Positions 50,158 to 58,906 of a DNA stretch of 64,000 bases are shown in pieces (the stretch's first letter is position 1; each line of letters starts with the position of its first letter). Source of the DNA: Actinomycetes bacterium (GTDB taxonomy: Bacteria > Actinomycetota > Aquicultoria > UBA3085 > Oleimmundimicrobiaceae). The position numbers and the translations under genes are program-made. A model generated the notes under the pieces. It searched no databases. It saw nothing but the letters and a program-made list of their open reading frames with translations, and had not been told where the DNA came from. The stretch covers positions 1,603 through 65,602 of the forward strand of contig JAUWKI010000001.1 in the NCBI GenBank assembly GCA_030614255.1. The letters run 5' to 3'.

Positions 50158-51252
50158 ATGAAGCACTTAAAAAATAAGTATATGCAAAGAGCAATAGAGC
50201 TGGCTGAAAGAGGAAGAGGTCGAACGAGCCCGAATCCCTTAGTCGGAGCAGTTATAGTTAAAAACGATGCGATTGTTGGGGAAGGGTATCATGCTGGGGC
50301 CGGTGAGTCACACGCTGAAATAAATGCGATTAATCATGCGACTGAAATTTTAGATGATGCTACCTTATATGTAACGCTTGAACCGTGTTGCAGTTATGGA
50401 AGGACACCGCCTTGTACCCGGGCAATTATATCTTCCAAGATAAAGAAAGTTATCGTCGGATTAATCGATCCAAATTTAAAAGTTTGTGGCAAAGGGATAG
50501 ATGAACTTAAAAAAGCCCAAATCGAAGTCGAAGTTGGTGTAGATGAAAAGGAGATAACGAAACAAAACGAAGTATATATTAAGTACATTTCTACCAAAAT
50601 GCCTTTTGTGCTCACAAAGTCAGCAATTAGCTTTGATGGAAAAATAACATCTAAAGATGGTCGGCCGATGTGGATTACGGGTAAAGAGTCAAGAGAGCAT
50701 GTTCATCTGTTGAGAGATAGAAACGATGCAATTATGGTAGGAATAGGTACCGTTATAGCAGATGATCCTATGCTTACAGTACGTTTAGGCCAAAAAGAGA
50801 CCAAGAATCCGTTAAGGGTTATCGTTGATAGTAACGCGAAGCTCTCGTTGGATTCAAAGATTGTAAAAACAGCAGGTGAAGTGCCTACTCTGTTGGCGGT
50901 AACCGAGAATGCACCAGGAAAGAAAACAAAGGCCTTAATCAACAAGAAGGTTGAAGTTTTAGTATTGCCCAACGAGAGTAATGGGGTTAATTTAAAATCT
51001 CTCTTTACAGAGCTTGGTGAACGTGAAATTACAAGTGTAATCCTAGAAGGTGGTGCGCGTTTAATATCTTCTGCCTTAAGAGAAAATTTGGTAGACAAGA
51101 TGATTTTTTTTATAGCTCCAAAAGTAATTGGTGGGGATAGTTCACTCAACTTTATTGATGATAAAGAGATTTCTTTCGATTTTAATTTCGAGAAATGTAG
51201 ATTAATTGGTGGAGATTTACTAGTAGAGATCTATCCTAAACGAACAAATTGA
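50158..51252 (+). CDS. ribD: Riboflavin biosynthesis deaminase/reductase
   Basis: PNPLVGAV, HAE, TLEPC...PPC, DDP.LT and EGG motifs; start 50146 or 50158. Confidence 0.96.
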   Translation: MKHLKNKYMQRAIELAERGRGRTSPNPLVGAVIVKNDAIVGEGYHAGAGESHAEINAINHATEILDDATLYVTLEPCCSYGRTPPCTRAIISSKIKKVIVGLIDPNLKVCGKGIDELKKAQIEVEVGVDEKEITKQNEVYIKYISTKMPFVLTKSAISFDGKITSKDGRPMWITGKESREHVHLLRDRNDAIMVGIGTVIADDPMLTVRLGQKETKNPLRVIVDSNAKLSLDSKIVKTAGEVPTLLAVTENAPGKKTKALINKKVEVLVLPNESNGVNLKSLFTELGEREITSVILEGGARLISSALRENLVDKMIFFIAPKVIGGDSSLNFIDDKEISFDFNFEKCRLIGGDLLVEIYPKRTN

Positions 51253-51270
51253 CAGGTTATTGGTGATGAG

Positions 51271-51918
51271 ATGTTTACGGGTATCATAGAAGAACTGGGA
51301 AAAGTGCAGTCTGTTCAGAAAGGCAAAAACACTTGTTCAGTTACAATTTATGCACCTAATATATGTAAAGATATTCAAATAGGTGATTCTATCGCAGTTA
51401 ATGGAACTTGCTTAACTGTGATAGAACAACATAGCAATAATTTTAAGGCTGATATTATGCCAGAAACATTAAGGAAAACGAATCTGGGTGTCCTGAAAAA
51501 AGGAGAGATGGTCAATCTTGAAAAGGCATTAAAACTTTCTGATCAGCTAGGAGGTCATATGGTGTCCGGCCATATAGATGAGGTTGGAAAGATAGTTTCA
51601 AAGAAAAGGGAGAAAAATGCAGTTATTTTAGAGATTGAAACAAAATCACATGTTATAGAAGGTCTTATACTTAAAGGTTCAGTTGCAGTTGATGGGGTTA
51701 GTCTCACGGTAATGACAGTTTCGGAGAACTCTTTTGCTGTATCTATTATTCCACATACTGCAAAAACAACGACTTTGGGTCTCAAGAAACAGGGCAAGAT
51801 GGTAAATATCGAAACCGACTTAGTGGCAAAACACATTAAGAAGTTTTTAAGTGTCCCAAAAAAGAGTCTAACAACAGAAAAACTAGAAAGATTTGGATAT
51901 TTTGAGAAGGGAGGTTGA
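51271..51918 (+). CDS. ribE: Riboflavin synthase
   Basis: [20 protein letters not shown] and GGH.VSGHID motifs. Confidence 0.97.
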   Translation: MFTGIIEELGKVQSVQKGKNTCSVTIYAPNICKDIQIGDSIAVNGTCLTVIEQHSNNFKADIMPETLRKTNLGVLKKGEMVNLEKALKLSDQLGGHMVSGHIDEVGKIVSKKREKNAVILEIETKSHVIEGLILKGSVAVDGVSLTVMTVSENSFAVSIIPHTAKTTTLGLKKQGKMVNIETDLVAKHIKKFLSVPKKSLTTEKLERFGYFEKGG

Positions 51919-51919
51919 A

Positions 51920-53125
51920 ATGCCGTTTAGTTCAATAGAAGAGGCTTTGGGGGACATAAAAAAAGGGGAAATAGTAATTGTTTGCGATGACGAGAACAGA
52001 GAAAACGAGGGAGACTTCGTTGTTGCCGCAGAGAAAGTGACTCCTGAAACGATAAATTTTATGGCAAAAAATGGACGCGGACTCATCTGTATGCCTTGTT
52101 CTGGCAAAAGACTTGATGAACTTAAAATTCCAGTAATGATAAAGAATAATACCAGCACAAACACGACTGCTTTCACAGTTTCAATTGGCGCTAAGAATAA
52201 AATCACAACGGGAATATCTGCTCACGATAGAGCAGCCACGATTCTTGCAGTCGTTGATCGCAATACGAGTTCTTCTGATATTTCAATGCCGGGACATGTC
52301 TTTCCTCTAAGAGCAAGAGAGGGAGGGGTTCTTGAAAGAGCGGGTCACACCGAAGCAGCAGTCGACCTAGCTAGGTTAGCCGAGCTTTATCCTGCTGGAG
52401 TTATCTGTGAAATCATGAATGATGATGGAACAATGGCAAGACTTCCCCAGTTAAAAAGAGTAGCTGAGAAGTTCGACTTAAAGATGATAACAGTAATTGA
52501 TTTAATAAAATACCGACGTCTAACCGAGAAATTGGTCAAACGGGTTGTAGAGATAAACCTACCGACGAGATTTGGAAAATTTAAGGTGATAGCCCATGAA
52601 AGCTTAATAGATAATGAATGTCATATCACTTTCATGAAAGGCGAGGTTAGCGGAGAAAAAAATGTGCTTGTGAGGGTCCATTCTGAATGTCTGACCGGTG
52701 ACATCTTTCATTCACTAAGGTGCGATTGCGGTAGCCAACTAGAAGTTGCTCTTAAAAAGATTGAGGATGAAGGAGAGGGTGTGCTTCTTTATATAATTGG
52801 CCAGGAAGGCAGGGGAGTCGGGTTAATAAATAAACTAAGGGCTTATGAATTACAAGAACAAGGCAAAGATACCGTAGAGGCCAATGAACATCTTGGTTTC
52901 TCCCCAGACTTAAGGGATTATGGCATTGGAGCCCAGGTCTTGGCTGACTTGGGATTATCGACCATACGTTTAATGACAAATAATCCGACCAAAATTATAG
53001 GGCTAGAGGGTTATGGCTTGAAAATCACAGAAAGGGTTCCCCTGGAAACAGTTCCCACTAAAGAAAATATAAAATATTTAAAAACAAAAAAAGGGAAAAT
53101 GAACCATTTACTAGACAATGTTTAA
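51920..53125 (+). CDS. ribBA: DHBP synthase / GTP cyclohydrolase II
   Basis: [34 protein letters not shown] and QEGRG motifs. Confidence 0.97.
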   Translation: MPFSSIEEALGDIKKGEIVIVCDDENRENEGDFVVAAEKVTPETINFMAKNGRGLICMPCSGKRLDELKIPVMIKNNTSTNTTAFTVSIGAKNKITTGISAHDRAATILAVVDRNTSSSDISMPGHVFPLRAREGGVLERAGHTEAAVDLARLAELYPAGVICEIMNDDGTMARLPQLKRVAEKFDLKMITVIDLIKYRRLTEKLVKRVVEINLPTRFGKFKVIAHESLIDNECHITFMKGEVSGEKNVLVRVHSECLTGDIFHSLRCDCGSQLEVALKKIEDEGEGVLLYIIGQEGRGVGLINKLRAYELQEQGKDTVEANEHLGFSPDLRDYGIGAQVLADLGLSTIRLMTNNPTKIIGLEGYGLKITERVPLETVPTKENIKYLKTKKGKMNHLLDNV

Positions 53126-53145
53126 AAAAGATAAGGAGGATTATT

Positions 53146-53610
53146 ATGAAAAATTATGAGGGAAAATTGATTGCCAAAGGCCTAAAGTTTGGAATTGTTG
53201 TAAGTCGATTCAATGAATTTCTAAGCACAAAACTCTTGGAAGGGGCCCTGGACGCATTTAAAAGACACGATGCCAGTCTTGATGACATCGAAGTTGCCTG
53301 GACCCCTGGTTCTTATGAAATTCCACTAGTAGCCAAAAAGATGGTCGATTCAGGCAATCACGATGCAGTAATTTGTCTCGGAGTGATCGTTAGAGGTGAA
53401 ACTCCGCACTTTGAATATATTGCCAGCGAAACCGCAAAGGGTATCGCCAAGATTGGATTAGATTCGGGAACTCCTGTAATATTCGGAATTATCACGTCCG
53501 ACGATCTTGAGCAAGCAATTGAGCGTGCAGGCATGAAGTCGGGCAACAAGGGCTGGCAAGCAGCTCTATCGGCAATTGAAATGGTGAATTTAATTAAAGA
53601 GCTAGGTTGA
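53146..53610 (+). CDS. ribH: 6,7-dimethyl-8-ribityllumazine synthase
   Basis: SRFN, PGSYEIP, RGETPHF and NKG motifs. Confidence 0.97.
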   Translation: MKNYEGKLIAKGLKFGIVVSRFNEFLSTKLLEGALDAFKRHDASLDDIEVAWTPGSYEIPLVAKKMVDSGNHDAVICLGVIVRGETPHFEYIASETAKGIAKIGLDSGTPVIFGIITSDDLEQAIERAGMKSGNKGWQAALSAIEMVNLIKELG

Positions 53611-53626
53611 TGCATATTGTGGGACG

Positions 53627-53992
53627 GTGTTAAAGATGTATGTAAAAAAACCATGGGGCGAGTTTAAACAACTTGCTCTCAACCAAACGTGTTCGGTTAA
53701 GCTACTTACGATAAATCCCGGACAGGAAACAAGCCTACACTTCCATAATTTAAGAGACGATATGTGGGTAATTTTAGACAAAGGCATCAAAGTTCAAATC
53801 GGTGATAAAATTTACGACACTAAGCCCGGAGACGAATTTGTTATTCCCGCCGAAGAGAACCACCGAATTATTTCTTCAAAAAACAAAGTACGCGTTCTCG
53901 AAATCGCTTTTGGTTACACAAACGAAGAAGATACCCATCGACTAGCTGATGATTACGGGAGAAGACTGGAACAGTCTAAGAAGAATCGCTAA
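53627..53992 (+). CDS. Stand-alone type II phosphomannose isomerase C-terminal cupin
   Basis: KPWG, SLHFH..R...W, HRI, LEI.FG and E.D..RL.DDYGR motifs. Confidence 0.85.
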   Translation: MLKMYVKKPWGEFKQLALNQTCSVKLLTINPGQETSLHFHNLRDDMWVILDKGIKVQIGDKIYDTKPGDEFVIPAEENHRIISSKNKVRVLEIAFGYTNEEDTHRLADDYGRRLEQSKKNR

Positions 53993-54065
53993 TAGAAATA
54001 AGGGCTAAGTAAACGATTTTAACGGACACATATTTTGAAAATAATGAATTAGTTTGTGGCCAGAA

Positions 54066-54090
54066 GTAACTTTTGGCCATTTTTATCGTT
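54066..54090 (+). promoter_or_regulatory. Putative ECF-sigma autoregulatory promoter
   Basis: GTAAC-N16-CGTT (AAC...CGT ECF pattern) just upstream of the ECF gene RBS. Confidence 0.55.
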
Positions 54091-54111
54091 TTAATAAAAG
54101 GAATGGTAGAT

Positions 54112-54669
54112 GTGGAGCAGGAAAGTGACTTAAAATATATTGTTGAGAAATCGAAAAAGAACCCAGAAGCATTTATCGAGATATACGATTTGTTCTTTGA
54201 TAAAATTTACGGTTATGTCTATTACAAAGTGGGCAACACGGAAGACGCAGAGGATATAACAGAACAAGTTTTTTTGAAAGCATTGGAAGCAATCGGGAAA
54301 TTTAAATGGAAAGGGGCTTACTTTTCATCATGGCTTTTCAGAATAGCCCGCAATCAAATAATCGATCATTTCAGAAGGCAAGCAAAATCAGCCGATAGTT
54401 TAACCGATGACCAGATAAACAAGATCCCAGATAAAAAGGAAAATTTGGAAGAAATAATCGAAGCAAGATTGTCGCTGGAAAATGTAGAAAAAGCAATCTT
54501 GAGATTAACCGAGGAACAGCAAAATGTAATCATTTTAAAATTCTTAAGCGGTTTTTCTAACGCGGAAATCGCAAAGTTTTTCAACAAATCAGAAGGTGCC
54601 GTAAAAGCCCTCCAGCATAGAGCATTAAGCTCCTTAAGAAAAATTAAGGGAGAGTTATTAAATGAATAG
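54112..54669 (+). CDS. ECF (sigma-70 group 4) sigma factor
   Basis: AEDITEQVFLKA, SWLFRIARN..IDH.R and region 4 KSEGAVKALQHRA; GTG 54112 after AAAGGA. Confidence 0.93.
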   Translation: MEQESDLKYIVEKSKKNPEAFIEIYDLFFDKIYGYVYYKVGNTEDAEDITEQVFLKALEAIGKFKWKGAYFSSWLFRIARNQIIDHFRRQAKSADSLTDDQINKIPDKKENLEEIIEARLSLENVEKAILRLTEEQQNVIILKFLSGFSNAEIAKFFNKSEGAVKALQHRALSSLRKIKGELLNE

Positions 54670-55603
54670 GAGCTTTAACGAAATCTTGGATAATTGTATA
54701 AATTTGATTAAACATGGTGAAGAAAATGTTGATGGGTGTTTGGCCAGGTATCCTGAATACAGTGAAGAATTAAAATCGCTTCTCAATATTTTTATTGCGA
54801 CGGGAAGGGTGCCGAAGCCAAAACCATCGGCTCAGTTCAAGCATGAAACTAGAGAACGATTGTTAAAACGAGCAAAATCGATAAGAACATCTTCTTTGTC
54901 TTTGAATCAAATTAAGCGCAAAAAGTTCCTATCGTTAAAGCCAGCATTTGTTCAAATAGCCGCAATGGTCCTTATTGTTGTGCTTTTGAGCGGGGGAGCG
55001 GCTATGGCTTCAACAAATAGTTTGCCAGGAGATCTTCTTTATCCTCTTAAGATTACTACTGAGAAGGTTCAACTTTCCTTAGCTTTTACTGAGATGACAA
55101 AGGCCCGGTTGCACTTAAAGTTTGCAGAAAGGCGTTTAGAAGAGGTAAAAATTCTTACTTATGACAGAAAAGAGGTTGAACTTGCTAACATTATAAATTC
55201 TATGACGGAACATTTAAACAAAGCTATGAGCCTAGTAAACAAGATGCCAAAGGAAAGAAGAGAAGAGATGTTGCTGGAAATATCACAGTTTGTCCAACGT
55301 GAGCAGAAATCGTTGCAAGAAGCTGTAGAAAAGGCGTCAAGTGAGGATAAAAAGACCATAAAAGATACTATCGAAGCAACCAGAGAAGATGGTTCGGAAG
55401 ATGGACTGAAATATGAAAATTCAGAAACAGAAACCAAGGGAAAAGAAGAGAAGACAAAAGAGGAATTTCATGATGCCCAGGGTGGAATAGAGAATAATTC
55501 GGATGATAGTTTGAGTGATATCAACGATGCTTCCTCTGGTTCGGAGTCTCGGAACAATGAATCTGAAAGAACTGATTTTATGAAAGAATCTTTAAAGAGA
55601 TAA
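54662..55603 (+). CDS. Membrane-anchored anti-sigma factor candidate (DUF5667-like)
   Basis: Overlaps ECF stop; CLARYP, one TM segment, SLPGDLLYPLK..E...AERRLEE, acidic tail. Confidence 0.8.
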   Translation: MNRSFNEILDNCINLIKHGEENVDGCLARYPEYSEELKSLLNIFIATGRVPKPKPSAQFKHETRERLLKRAKSIRTSSLSLNQIKRKKFLSLKPAFVQIAAMVLIVVLLSGGAAMASTNSLPGDLLYPLKITTEKVQLSLAFTEMTKARLHLKFAERRLEEVKILTYDRKEVELANIINSMTEHLNKAMSLVNKMPKERREEMLLEISQFVQREQKSLQEAVEKASSEDKKTIKDTIEATREDGSEDGLKYENSETETKGKEEKTKEEFHDAQGGIENNSDDSLSDINDASSGSESRNNESERTDFMKESLKR

Positions 55604-55616
55604 ATTTTATTCAAAG

Positions 55617-55644
55617 TAAAGTTTAATCGGATTAAAGTCGATAA
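55617..55644 (+). promoter_or_regulatory. Putative sigma-28/WhiG promoter
   Basis: TAAA(GTTT)-N16-GTCGATAA versus consensus TAAA-N15/16-GCCGATAA. Confidence 0.6.
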
Positions 55645-55650
55645 TTATAT

Positions 55651-55738
55651 ATGAGAACCCCCTGAGGTTGCTGGGTGAGACTCATAAAAGTTTAAATTGT
55701 AGCAGACCTTGAGACAACTCCAAAGGGTTCTCTTTTTT
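55651..55738 (+). ncRNA. Candidate small RNA (~88 nt)
   Basis: Starts ~7 nt after the sigma-28-like -10; ends GAGAACCC/GGGTTCTC pair, followed by T6; internal AGGTTGCT/AGCAGACCT stem; no meaningful ORF. Confidence 0.45.
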
Positions 55739-55742
55739 ATAG

Positions 55743-55985
55743 TTACTTTTTATTGGTTGGCTTATCACTTGAAGAGTTGCCTGAAGAATTTGATGTAAGC
55801 GATTTTTTACTGCAAGAGTCAGTTTTATAGAAGCCGGATCCTTTGAAAATTATTCCTACTGGGTGAAAAATTTTCTTTGTTTTTCCTCCACAAAACTCAC
55901 ATTTAATTTCAGGTGTTTCGGTTATCTTGTGAATTATCTCTAAATCGACCCCACATTTTTCACATTTATAATTATAAATAGGCAT
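55743..55985 (-). CDS. FmdB family zinc-ribbon protein
   Basis: MPIYNYKCEKCG...CEFCGG...IIFKGSGFY.TD; AAGGAG RBS before ATG 55985. Confidence 0.92.
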   Translation of the reverse strand: MPIYNYKCEKCGVDLEIIHKITETPEIKCEFCGGKTKKIFHPVGIIFKGSGFYKTDSCSKKSLTSNSSGNSSSDKPTNKK

Positions 55986-56010
55986 ATACCGCGACTCCTT
56001 TAATAAATAT

Positions 56011-56149
56011 ATAAGCCCCAAGTAACCAACAATCCAGTCTTTAAAATTCATCTCTTCCGGCACAGGGGCCTCTTTGCCAAAAAAGCAATTTGGTTACCAT
56101 GTGCTTTCTGAGACGAATAAAACCAAACTGTAAACTTCTTGGAGCTTAC
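56011..56149 (-). ncRNA. Candidate long-hairpin RNA (6S-like or cis-regulatory leader of the FmdB gene)
   Basis: Nested stems on minus strand: TAAGCTCCAAG/CTTGGGGCTTA, CAGTTT/AGACTG, ATTCGTCTC/GAGATGAAT, GCACA/TGTGC; follows a TTGACT..TGnTATTAT promoter. Confidence 0.5.
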
Positions 56150-56451
56150 GTTAAATAATATCAATCAATCTAAAAAAGTCAATAACACTTTGAGTCATGT
56201 TGTTAAAATAAGGTTATATAAGGTTATAATTCAGTATTTTTGATTGTCTTAAATAAACTCCAAGATTATTTGGTACCAATGTGTCATAAGATGCTTTAAT
56301 TAACATTAATTCTAGCGATTTTTTCGTTTGCAGATGGTTTATATGATAAAATTAATCTGTAAAGTTTGTGATAAATTTAACTAGTTGTGAAGGAAAATCC
56401 TAAATTTTATAGAAATGTTCAATAGTCTGATTATGGAATAGGAGAATGTAA

Positions 56452-58473
56452 GTGAAACCCAAGAATGAATTAATAGAACAAAGAGAATTTCATGCAATTC
56501 TCTCCAGTATCGCTGATGGAGTAATATTAACAGACCGCAAAGGCAGAATTATACATATAAGCTCGCCAGCCGAGTCCATGTTGAACATTGAAGCCGATGA
56601 GATTGTGGGAAAAAGTATATCCATCTCTACTTTAATAGGAAAAGAACGTCAAACCAAGAAAGGTTTAGTTTTTTGTTGGGAAGAAAAGGATTGCAAAGAG
56701 AAAAGTTGCCCTGTCTATAAGAGAGATAACTCCCGGTGTTGGACTGTCACCGACACCTGTCCTAATAGTGTTAAACAAGGAGTTTTTAGAAAAAAGATAA
56801 GACATTGTCAAACCTGCGAGGTATTTGAGCGGAATTCAAAAATACTCGAAGAACCCGCGGTAATGCTAGTTAAGGAAGTATCAATAAGTGAGCCCCAGAA
56901 TAAGGTTTTGCAAATAAAGACCAATCCAATTGTTGACGAGGAAGGAAATTTTCTCGGTTTAGTGAGAACTCTTCATGACATTACGCTTGAGCGGGAAATG
57001 AGTGCCATGAAGGATGAGTTTGTTTCGACCGTATCACATGATTTTCGCATTCCTTTAACCTCAATAAAGGGCTACGTTGACCTCATCTTGGATGGTGAAG
57101 CTGGAGAATTTAACGAAATGCAAAAAGAGTTTTTAACAATCGTCAAACAGAACAGTGATCGACTCATCAGTTTAATTAACGATTTTTTAGATATCTCGAG
57201 AATTGAGTCTGGGAAGATGAATTTTAACATTAAACCCGAGAATTTAAAGTCACTAGTTCAAGAGGTTGTTAACACTTTTCAGAAATTTATCGATGAAAAG
57301 AAAATGGAAATCGACTTAAAATTATCAGACAAGCTGCCAAAAGTATTAGTCGATCATGACAGAATAATCCAAGTTCTCAATAACCTGGTAAGTAACGCGG
57401 TCAAATATACTCCTCCTATGGGAAAAGTTAAAGTAGCTGTCATTAAGAAAAAGAACTATATTGTCGTTTCCGTATCCGATACCGGCGTTGGAATTTCTAC
57501 CAAAGATCAAGAAAAACTGTTTACAAAATTTTATAGGGTAGATAGCTCCCTTATAAAAGAAACGGGTGGAAGTGGGTTAGGTCTATCCATATGTAAAACG
57601 ATAATTGAACGACATGGGGGGAAAATCTGGGTCAAAAGCGAAGAGAATAAGGGTAGCACGTTTAGTTTTTCCTTACCGGCATTAAAAACAGAAGTTAAAC
57701 CTCAACTAATAAAACAGGGAATGAGGATACTCGTAGTCGATGATGAACCTGATATATCGAAGCTAATTCAACTTTACCTTGAGAAAGAAGGATATTATGT
57801 ACTCAAAGCTTTCGATGGATTAAAGGCTCTTGAAATGGCCAAAAAAGAGCATCCCGACCTTATCACTCTAGATATAATGATGGGCAAAGTTGACGGATTC
57901 GAGGTTTTAAAAAAGCTTAAAGAAGATACTCACACGGCCTCTATTCCTGTAATTGTTTTGTCCGTTATTTTAGACGAAAAGAGAGGATACCGATTAGGAG
58001 CAGCCGACTATCTTCCAAAATCGGTTGACAAGAAAAAGCTTATTGAAAGTATCAACAAAATAATTGGAGAAAAGGGTCAGCCGGAAAAAGAGAAGAGAGT
58101 CTTAGTTGTTGATGATGATAGAGACATTGTAAGTTTCATTGAGTTTAACCTCAGAAAAGCAAATTTTGATGTGCTTAAAGCCTATAATGGTATCGAAGCA
58201 CTTAAAATTTTAAAAAAACAAAAACCCGATATTATCCTTCTCGATCTTAGAATGCCAGAAATGGACGGATATGAGGTGCTTGGTGCGATAAAGAAGGATA
58301 AGGGGCTATCTGGAATTCCCGTTATTATCATGACCGCTTACGATCTTGACCGCGAAAAGGCCGAAGTTTTGGATTTAGCTGTAGACAAAGTTTCAAAACC
58401 TTTTTCGATGAGAATGCTTACATCGAGAATAAAAGAGACTTTAGGAAACGACAAGGGTGAAGAAGATGGATAA
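56452..58473 (+). CDS. Cytoplasmic hybrid histidine kinase: PAS with Cys-rich (two-CW type) insert, HisKA, HATPase, two receivers
   Basis: SIADGVI.TD PAS start; VSHDFRIP H-box; NAVKY, DTGVG, GSGLGL; two REC domains (LDIMM, LDLRMP); no TM. Confidence 0.92.
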   Translation: MKPKNELIEQREFHAILSSIADGVILTDRKGRIIHISSPAESMLNIEADEIVGKSISISTLIGKERQTKKGLVFCWEEKDCKEKSCPVYKRDNSRCWTVTDTCPNSVKQGVFRKKIRHCQTCEVFERNSKILEEPAVMLVKEVSISEPQNKVLQIKTNPIVDEEGNFLGLVRTLHDITLEREMSAMKDEFVSTVSHDFRIPLTSIKGYVDLILDGEAGEFNEMQKEFLTIVKQNSDRLISLINDFLDISRIESGKMNFNIKPENLKSLVQEVVNTFQKFIDEKKMEIDLKLSDKLPKVLVDHDRIIQVLNNLVSNAVKYTPPMGKVKVAVIKKKNYIVVSVSDTGVGISTKDQEKLFTKFYRVDSSLIKETGGSGLGLSICKTIIERHGGKIWVKSEENKGSTFSFSLPALKTEVKPQLIKQGMRILVVDDEPDISKLIQLYLEKEGYYVLKAFDGLKALEMAKKEHPDLITLDIMMGKVDGFEVLKKLKEDTHTASIPVIVLSVILDEKRGYRLGAADYLPKSVDKKKLIESINKIIGEKGQPEKEKRVLVVDDDRDIVSFIEFNLRKANFDVLKAYNGIEALKILKKQKPDIILLDLRMPEMDGYEVLGAIKKDKGLSGIPVIIMTAYDLDREKAEVLDLAVDKVSKPFSMRMLTSRIKETLGNDKGEEDG

Positions 58474-58906
58474 GACGAAAATACTAATTGTGGATGATGA
58501 TTTAAATATTTCCCGATTACTTAAGTTTAAGCTCAACAAAGAGGGCTATGATACATTAGAGGCCCACGATGGAGAAGAAGCGCTGATAAAAGCAAATTCC
58601 TTCAGACCAAACTTAATATTACTTGATATTATGATGCCCAAGATGAGTGGTTGGGAGGTTAATAAAGAGCTAAGGAAACATCCGGAACTGAGAAGAGTTC
58701 CCGTAATAATGGTAACCGCGGTGGACCGATTAGATGAGCAGCTTAAAAGTCTTAGTGAGAAAAATATTAAGGACTATATAACTAAACCTTTCAATTTTTC
58801 GGAACTAGTAAATACGGTAAAACGAGTTTTGGGTCAACAAATTAAGAACAATTCAGAGAGTAGCTTTAGTTTAGGCAAAAATAAGCAAGGAGAGCTGAAT
58901 GAGTAA
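58466..58906 (+). CDS. Single-domain response regulator
   Basis: ILIVDDD, LLDIMMP, VTA and KPF motifs; no output domain. Confidence 0.92.
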   Translation: MDKTKILIVDDDLNISRLLKFKLNKEGYDTLEAHDGEEALIKANSFRPNLILLDIMMPKMSGWEVNKELRKHPELRRVPVIMVTAVDRLDEQLKSLSEKNIKDYITKPFNFSELVNTVKRVLGQQIKNNSESSFSLGKNKQGELNE

